The notes under the pieces were generated by a model that was given only the letters and a program-made list of their open reading frames with translations, had not been told where the DNA came from and ran no database searches. Shown here piece after piece: positions 54,400 to 64,000 of a stretch of DNA of 64,000 nucleotides. The translations under genes and the position numbers were made by a program. Within the stretch, counting starts at the first letter, position 1. Each line of letters starts with the position of its first letter. This DNA is from Hormiphora californensis (taxonomy: Eukaryota > Animalia > Ctenophora): positions 2,542,001 through 2,606,000 of the forward strand of contig CM035360.1 of NCBI GenBank assembly GCA_020137815.1, in the 5' to 3' direction.

Positions 54400-54785
54400 T
54401 GTATGGCAGTGGGATTGGAAGTGGGCGGCAACAAGGGACAACAACTAGGGTGTGGTAAGGCAGCCAGTGGGATTGGAACTGGGCGGCAACAAGGGACAAC
54501 AACTAGGGTGTGGTAAGGCAGCCAGTGGGATTGGAACTGGGCGGCAACAAGGGACAACAACTAGGGTGTGGTATGGCAGCCAGTGGGATTGGAACTGGGC
54601 GGCAACAAAGGACAACAACTAGGGTGTGGTAAGGCAGCCAGTGGGATTGGAAGTGGGCGGCAACAAGGGACAACAACTAGGGTGTGGTAAGGCAGTCAGT
54701 GGGATTGGAAATGGGCGGCAACAAGGGACAACAACTAGGGTGTGGTAAGGCAGCCAGTGGGATTGGAACTGGGCGGCAACAAAGG
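54400..54785. repeat. 58-bp minisatellite, about 7 copies
   Basis: Unit GGCAGCCAGTGGGATTGGAACTGGGCGGCAACAAGGGACAACAACTAGGGTGTGGTAA. Confidence 0.9.
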
Positions 54786-55629
54786 AGAAGGAGTCCCTGG
54801 AATACCCTTTTCAATCAGACAGTGCGAAGCCCTACCCTTATTTATCAAGAGACATAATATGTAAACTATTGTCCCTGATGAGACCCTCTTGTCTTGTTGA
54901 GTAAGGCCCCAGTTAGAGATTCTACTACCTGGTGTCAGTTTCCAATCTGCAACTGGAGCGTAAGTACTCAGTACTGACAAGACTTGGTGAGTCAGCATGG
55001 TCTCAAATGCTTAGTTTTGGAGTTATGGGCGAATTAGTGAATTATGACGTTTTTTGTGCCAAGATGGGTATGCTGATTGTGGCTAATTGGGTGACCCAAT
55101 TGATTTTTCCTTATAGAATCCGCTCCGGAATGGCCAGGTTTATATATGACTTATGAACAAACATATTCTCAAAAATGCTTAGTTTTGGCGCTACGGGCGA
55201 TTGTTCGAATTGCCCCGGTACCAATTTTGCCTACCAAAATTTTTAAATTAGGTATTTAATTAAGTAAATGATGGTCCCTAGAGTTGAAATTTATCTTATT
55301 TGAACGATAAAATAATGAACTTTAATCCTATATAATTTTTTTCATCTTATCTTTTTTTTAACGGGGGTGAGAACCGATTAAGTAAAAAGTTAACCATTTT
55401 GCCCCGGTTTACCCTACGTACGATAATGCCTTGGGTCAGTTTTGCCTTCACTCTAAATTACCTAATTAGAATCAAAGGAAAGGCAAAACTGACCCAAGGC
55501 AAAACTGTCAACACCTGGGGTAAACCGCAGTTAAATGTCCTCTTTCCCCGAATCACATCACCCTGTATTGCTGCCAAAATTTCTAATCTCGGCACAGTAT
55601 AACTATATCTGAATTTCACTTTACCTAAC

Positions 55630-55703
55630 GTCTCCGTGGTCTAATGGCCACAAAATGGGCTAAGAAACATAAGGTACCGGGTTCAAATCCCGGTCATGCG
55701 ACT
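55630..55703 (+). mobile_element. tRNA-derived SINE head or tRNA pseudogene
   Basis: A-box TGGTCTAATGG and T-arm/B-box CCGGGTTCAAATCCCGG at tRNA spacing, but no good anticodon or acceptor stem. Confidence 0.55.
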
Positions 55704-55759
55704 TAATAGATTTTTTCTTTCACTTTTGCTTGATATTGAAACAATTAAATTTCCGATAG

Positions 55760-56182
55760 AAACAAAACATATATGACAAAGACCAGAAACTGGCTGACTA
55801 CTGCAAAACAGTGGCAGAAACAAAGCTAAAAGAGAAAAACTACAACAAATTTACCACTGCGGTAATGACAAAGATAGATAAAGACTACCGAAAAATATGG
55901 TTCACAGATAAGATCACAATGAGAAACGTCACACTGGCAATCTCAGGACAAAACAACTTGAACTCCTCCTTAGCACACAGAGATCCAAGAGAGAATCCGA
56001 ACTGCCCTCTATGCAACCAAAAACAGAACTCGGAACATGTCCTAATAACATGCCCAGATCTAGATCATCTCAGATACACACTGGGATACCAAAACATAAA
56101 ACAAAACATCTACGACAAAGACCAGAAAATCGACCTAGGCAAACTAACTGCACTGATAAAGAAATCTGGTCTCTTCAAATAG
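55760..56182 (+). mobile_element. 3' fragment of a non-LTR retrotransposon ORF2 (C-terminal CCHC knuckle)
   Basis: TLAISGQNNLNSSL...CPLCNQKQNSEHVLITCPDLDHLR: C-x2-C...H-x4-C motif typical of LINE ORF2 C-termini. Confidence 0.65.
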
Positions 56183-57476
56183 AGTCTGCCTAATCAAAAC
56201 CGGCCCCCCACCCCAGGCAGATAGTATAATCCGGAGAGTTGGGCCGCCCAGACATTAAAATGTAGAAGGGTGGTACAAAACGAGCTCGAAAGAGCATCCC
56301 AATGGTTGCCACCTTAGGCTGACAGGCTATGGAGCACCCCTTGAGGGAGAGTGCCGCTTCACTAGACTGCGTATAAGAAGCACTACAAACTGGGCCGATT
56401 AGGTACATAGAGTACCAATCGGTGGTCCGAGCCACCACTCTGGTCCTGAAGCAGGATTCTGGCCTTAAATGGCAAGTGCTGGTAGAAGAAATGACGTTTC
56501 TCATCTACGTGTGGGCAGAGAAGCCGCGTCATCGCTCGGCAATATACCTACTTCTGGGGAAACCCAGTAACGTAAGACTGGTGGAAATACACTGGTGCTC
56601 TCAGCTATGTGTCTAACTGGATTAGTAACCGGCTTGAAACTTAACAAAAGCGGACCGAATGTGAAGCTAGCCTTTCCCTCGAAGGGGATCCTCCATGGAG
56701 GGTCCCTGGACAGGACTGACTAGTGGAACTACTGAGCAACTCTTTGTGTGGGGTGCTCGGGAGGAACGCCAGAATTTTGATTCGCCGGGAGCTGGCCCCG
56801 TAAGACACCAGCAAAGTGGGAGGAAGTACGGGAGGTTCAAACACACACACCCTGTATTGGTAGACATCCCTCATTAGCAGCCGTGATACGTGATTCTCCA
56901 CCACTTAGACCGTTTCGCAATACTGAACACTCGACGATTCCGTTAGTATCACCTGACCTGACTAACTTTAGGAAACATGACACTGTGTCTCTTGTGTTTA
57001 TCCAATTTAACTGATCTCGGTCACATCGGAAAGATAACTGATAGCCAAACATAATTGGTTAAACTTTGGACCGTAAAATATTTTTTCTGGAATGAATGAC
57101 AATGTTCATTCCGATAAAAAAAAAAGAATTTTGATCTAGAGGTCTGAAATTTTGGTCAAGTTATTTATTATTTATCCCGTAGAGTAAGTGTACCAAATTT
57201 TAGAACTCGACGATATCTGGAACTATGGTATACTTGAGAGGGGGGGGGGGACTTTTTATTGCCCCACACGGTATGTATGTCATAGTGGTGAAATTGAAAG
57301 TAGGGATTGACTGGTTTGAAATGAATGATTAATGAAGGTCATTACTCAAGTAGTTTATGAGACGCTTATAATTTTCGTGCTGTCTTTTGTATACAAAACA
57401 AAACAGTTTTACAAAAGATCAGAACTTATAATTACACATTACACATCTTTTCTTCTCTTTCTAACAGTTTAACTCT

Positions 57477-58630
<1,154 letters not shown>

Positions 58631-59081
58631 TTTATCTGGCACTAATAATATACTAAGTTAGTTTTTAATGATATAATATTCCGTGCGTGTATACCGCCCA
58701 TACCCGACGGACACATGTCAAAATATTGGCGATGCTTCGACGCGACGAGTCATCAGAGCGGTATATCCTCGAGCAAATATGACACACACGAACACTCTGG
58801 TTGAAAAAAAGAACAATATATTGTAAGACTAAATTAACTGGACTCACAACTGCTAGGTAAAAGGATACTAGGTAGTGATCTAATAACATGGCTAGAGAGA
58901 TCTTTCGTCTCAACTATGGTGTTTTAATTGTGAAAGGAAAAACTTTCTGTACAAAATGTACTTAGTCATTTAGAGCTGGTTCAACACAAAAGGAAATAAA
59001 GCAACACTGTTAGTCTGTTACAACTGTGAAAGGTACGACGTAGTTCAGCTGAGTAAATAGTAAAACAACAGGGAAGGCCAG

Positions 59082-59119
<38 letters not shown>

Positions 59120-60148
59120 AAAGAGAGAAAGATAGGCCACTGATTATTGCTCTTACTTCCGTGGCAGGCGAACAAACAACAGTCACCAGTCACGTGATAT
59201 CTTTCACACGTGAACTACGGAAGTTAGACCACTGACCAGCCTTGGTTTTCCTCCTTCTCTATCTATCTCTCTATCTCTCTTCATTTCTTTCTCCTTCTCA
59301 CTCAATATGACCTATCTCTGACCTATCTCTTTCTTGTTACTATCGATTCAGTGTGAGAATTCCCGACCACAAAACCAACTTCCTGCCTAATGAAGCTATC
59401 GCACTGTTCAGGTTTTGTGGCTGTTTTTAATAATTTACATGGCACATATCACTGGTTTATCACTAATTATCATAATGAATACATAATCATTAATCATGAT
59501 ATTCATGTCTGTCCCATTCTGTACCAGAGTCCAGACCCTACATAAACGTAGCGCGCGAGAACCAGACATGATAGGCCAAGCGCGCGGTCCCTCCATATCC
59601 CACATATCCCAGAAGATTCAATTACAAAATCAAATCTTATCTGGGGTGTTTATTTGGTCGAGGAGAGTGGGCAAGGAAGGTCGGGATGGGGCCTTGGTGG
59701 GGGTCACGATTCAATTTAAAATGTTTGATTTGGGGAGCTAAGCGCCAAAAGATAATTGCTGAGTTGTGCGTGATGACTGAAATTAATGAATTCCTGCTTT
59801 TTCAGTTTGATAAACACATCACGGAGATTCACTAAACAGAAATCTATCTTCTGCGGACAGTTCTACAAAACGCTGAATTTCTACAAACAATGAGCTAAGA
59901 AATACGCCCTCATTCTAAATCTATTGACTATGGTTCGTTCAAAGTTTCTCGATATTTTCTTTCCCTCGTGCTTTCTCGATTTAGCTTTCAGACTTTCCAC
60001 CAGATTATCAAAAAGTCGGTTAACTGAGTGGGCGACTTGCCTTGCTCAACATTCTCTCACATAGGGTTAGAGCACACAACAACAATCCGACTACCTCTTT
60101 TTTTGCACCTCGTCCTATCGCATCACTTCACGGAGCTTTACCATCTTC

Positions 60149-61759
60149 TCATTCAGGGATCACCCCTTCTCCAACTGGTGCCACCTTCACCACTTTCACC
60201 CCTCCTCCTCCCTCTCCCCTCTCAGGTGCCACTTTCACCCCACCTCCTCCCTCTCCCCTCTCAGGTACCCCTCTGGTTGGTGAAGGAGCGGTCCTCTTTC
60301 TCATTCCCTGGAATGCCACAATATAAATCACACACGCCCCCGTCTCCAGAAGGAACAACCCCGCCAGGATTGAGGTGGCCTGGGGGAATGTGAGGTACTT
60401 GGCAAAGAGCCCACTGCCGGTGTACCCCAGAAATCCTCCTAGGGGATGGCTGGCACAGTATACTGCAACGAGACAACTGGACACTTGTGGGGAGAGGTTT
60501 CTTCCCTTCTTGTGCTGGATCCGGTAGGCCTCTCTCATGGCCGATAGCGCTGGCAGGCACCCTGACGGTAGGATGACTCCAAAGATACAGAGAGCCAGGA
60601 AGAGTTGAGATCTGGAGGGTTCCATTGGGGGACAAGGTCCCACGAATATGTAAACCAGGGGGATGGAGAAACAGGAAAATATCATGATGGGGAAAGGAGA
60701 GAATCGGTCAATAATACGGCCCCAAATGGGTGCTGAGAGACCGAGACACGCCGTAGCAGCGAACATGATGGATCCTGCCCATACAACACCCTTCCCAAAC
60801 TGCTCCTCGACATAGAGAGACAAAAGGGGCGCTGGAAAGTGGAAGAGGGTCTGGCAAGCGGCACAGTGCCACGCTGGAAATAGAATCCAAGGATTAACAA
60901 CCGCTTGGAACAAATCCTTGATCGAAATATCTCGTTTCCTGCAGATGTTGGTAACCTGGGGGACACGTGATGCTGCGAATATCGACAACAAAACCACAAC
61001 ACCCGGTATTATAAAGGCAAAGAGGAACCCAAATTTGGTGTACAGATGACTCCCAAGATACGGACCCAGTGCCATCGCCATGTTAATAGGACAGCTCTCC
61101 TATCGCGGTTGCAAAGGAGATCTGGTGGGGGAAGAGGGAGGTGAGAGTGAAGAAGCCAGTAACCTCGACAACGCCGCTGGATATACCTATTGTCATGGTA
61201 ACGGCGAGGGCGAGGAATTTGTAGGCAGCTGTTGAGGAGATGAAGTGGAGCATGCCCGCTGAGAGAAGGGTGACTGAGAGGAGGATCATGGAACCAACGA
61301 ATAACAACTTGTTCGGCACCTGGGGATGAGGAGGGGTTACGAAATAATCCCTTAGCTATCCGCGGGAGAGGAAGGGGTAGCCGAGCTACCAAGGGGGTCG
61401 GGGGTATTTTGTAGCGGTATATAATCTGAGTAACAGATATTATATGAGATATCTTGTCCCGTTGCACGGGTACTGGCAACTAGGATATCTGTAATGTAAC
61501 AAGTGATACTAACCTTGTAAATGATGTAGGGTGCAACCAGACACACCAAGATCAGAGAGAAGGGAGATCCGCTCATAATCAGGGCGGTCCAACTAATGCT
61601 AACATTTTTAGCTTCATTGTACACCGGCAAGAAGGCGTGTCCAATATCAAATGGGCAGAATGATACTACTATCACCCAGCAAACAAGAATGAAGATGAGA
61701 ATACGTTTTTTGATGGAAAACTCTGTAGCAATGTCACCCTCACGTTTCTCCCAGGGCAT
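60149..61759 (-). CDS. MFS transporter (SLC18B1/vesicular amine transporter-like), with a frameshift at ~61085
   Basis: Exon 61514-61759 and a long exon from 61319. About 12 hydrophobic helices are spread over ORFs 61083..61319 and 60149..61081, which are in different frames. MFS motif APIWGRIIDRF; ALGPYLGSHLY. Confidence 0.78.
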
Positions 61760-61799
61760 TGTGGTGGAAATGTGTCAGTTGGTAGTGCTGCTGAGTCAC

Positions 61800-61906
<107 letters not shown>

Positions 61907-62112
61907 ACTCTCTCCCTCTCTCTCTCCCTCTCTCTCTCCCTGGACGAGCTATTGTCATTTTATGATTTGACAGTTGGATTATTATTAAATGACGTCAGCC
62001 CCCTCTCTCATTCCTTCTTCTTCAGAGTTCTGGGTGACAGAAGTCTCAACACTGTCTCCATGGTAACAGTACTTTATGTTATAGTGATAACCAACCTACA
62101 TTTTATCTTAGC

Positions 62113-63756
62113 ATGGAAAACGGTAGCACTAGCAAAAATGACCAGAACAGAGACAAAAAACAATCCAACAATTCAGGTAGATATCAGACTTTTATTTGTA
62201 AGATATTACCCCCCCCCCCTCCGATATGAGCTGCTGAACTCGTCCTTTTTATTCTGTACACGTATAAGAGTCTATTTTGAAGGTCAGATAATGTCTGTTT
62301 CAGATGGTACAGTTTCCACCTCATCAGTGGGGGTGGACCTAGGTTCCCTAGCAACGGGTAGTGATGATAGGTTGCTATGGAGATGTGACAGTTGGAGGGA
62401 GGGTGATGTCGGTGGTGAACCTGTACCCATGTCACGTGAGGTTCGTATTGGGTGGTCATTTTATGCTCATGTACAAAAACTGATTGAAACTAGCCCGTTA
62501 TCCTAATATCCGGGACTTCTAATATCCCGTTAACAGGTCCGGCTGGCGAGGCTAGAGGAGGCGTTTAAGACCATCTTGGAGTGTGTTGGGGAAGATCCGA
62601 CAAGGAACGGTCTCTTGGAGACTCCAGCCCGGGCTGCCAAGGCTATGTTGTTTCTGACCAAGGGTGAGAGTGCCGAGGGTTTCATTGATGGTTTACCCAA
62701 TGAATATATATATATATATATATATGGTTGGGATATGGTTTAGATGACATAATCAAATACGCCCTGTAACCATGGTAACCACTCCAACAGGTTACGAAGA
62801 GAATGTTGATATGGTGGTAAAGAACGCTCGTTTTGACGAAGATTATAACAACATGGTGACGGTTAAAGACATTGAGTTTTACTCACTCTGCGAACACCAC
62901 CTCATTCCCTTTTACGGAAAGGTAGGAAACTAGATCTCCTCTTGAAGCTCAACACATAAACTCTCCACCTAACTCAAATATAATTCGAGTTAGGTGGAGA
63001 ATATTCTGTGTTGTCGAAATATAGTGAACTAGTCAAGAAGACTATTCAAGGAAGAAGTTCCTGACGTCACCAGTTCTGACCTTCCCTTTCTAACCCGTCT
63101 GACCTTCCCTAATATTGTTACTCTGTCTGGCAGCACTGTTGCAGACACTGTTGCGAAATAGTTTACATGAATTGAAGCAGTTCAAACTGTTTGGCAACTT
63201 TCGCAATTGTTCCAACGATAGCAACCCCTTCCTATAACTCCCTAGGGTAAACCCCTAATGGAGCCGATATAGCCCCTTATTCTAACTTATTTTAACCCCC
63301 TTCCTAGACCCATATCTAACCCAATAACACCATACAGATCCACATCGGATACATACCAACGGGTCAGGTCCTCGGACTGAGCAAGTTAGCCCGGATATCC
63401 GAGATGTTTACCCGCCGTTTACAGGTGAGAAAGAGAGACTATCTAGTGGCCTATCTTCGAGAGCTATGTCGCTCGTTTTAAAGGAATAAAAAACGAGTGT
63501 TTCTTTTTCTGTAGTTCACTTCGCAGTTAGCAGTACCGAGAACTCAACTTTCAAGTGTTTCACAACTATTATAATAAACACAACCTACTCCTACCTACTA
63601 TTATAATAAACACAACCTTCTCCAATCTCTAATATCAATCTCTCTAGAACCAAGAGAGGATAACAAAGCAGATAGCACACGCTGTGGTGGATGCAATACG
63701 GCCCAGTGGAGTGGGTGTTATCATAGAGGCAACACATATGTGCATGTGCATGAGAG
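62113..63756 (+). CDS. GCH1: GTP cyclohydrolase I, partial (3' end beyond right edge)
   Basis: Exons ~62113-62176, 62283-62440, 62537-62663 ([20 protein letters not shown]), 62791-62921 ([19 protein letters not shown]), 63338-63424 (HIGYIP...LGLSKLARI), 63648-63756 (QERIT...[17 protein letters not shown]). Zn ligands in CEHH and HMCM are intact. Confidence 0.95.
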
Positions 63757-63791
63757 GTAAGAGAGAGATTGGTGTATTTACTATAGAGAGG

Positions 63792-63793
<2 letters not shown>

Positions 63794-63822
<29 letters not shown>

Positions 63823-63990
63823 TGACTGACTGACTGACTGACTGACTGACTGACTGACTGACTGACTGACTGACTGACTGACTGACTGACTGACTGACTG
63901 ACTGACTGACTGACTGACTGACTGACTGACAGAGAGACAGACTGACAGAGAGACAGACTGACAGAGAGACAGACAGACAGACAGACAGTA
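63794..63990. repeat. (GACA)n/(GACT)n tetranucleotide microsatellite; many (GA)n tracts occur throughout the window
   Basis: Directly visible simple repeats, e.g. also 7017-7072, 11175-11232, 43671-43835, 44291-44422, 48963-49080, 58035-58260, 61805-61895. Confidence 0.95.
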
Positions 63991-64000
63991 TACATATTGT

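Overview
Eukaryotic (animal) genomic DNA: gene-dense, intron-rich, GT-AG spliced, and full of (GA)n microsatellites and palindromic non-autonomous DNA transposons. A ctenophore origin is my inference, from the N-terminally extended calmodulin and the nested-gene architecture; it is not proven. Genes reconstructed by hand: a multi-exon valyl-tRNA synthetase (minus strand, running off the left end) whose introns hold, on the opposite strand, a sushi/CCP-repeat gene, a PH+coiled-coil gene, tRNA-Arg(TCG) and a BPI/LBP-family gene; CTP synthase (minus); three tandem RDH11/12-like SDRs, one broken by an Academ-like foldback; calmodulin; CutC; two Ly6/uPAR-like genes; an MFS transporter; and GTP cyclohydrolase I (running off the right end). 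Top candidate for something undescribed: the predicted CTP synthase stop codon sits in the canonical readthrough context UGA-CUAG. It is followed in frame by 160 open codons carrying VATGT repeats, a SIM-like DDVVIISD and an NLS-like PRKKRK, suggesting programmed stop-codon readthrough to a nuclear CTPS isoform. Second candidate: the adjacent ValRS has an in-frame, AUG-less mitochondrial-presequence-like leader. Third: several intronic copies of exon edges differ from the exon only at synonymous sites. Exon coordinates were read by eye and may be off by a few bases. Several single-base frameshifts suggest assembly indel errors.
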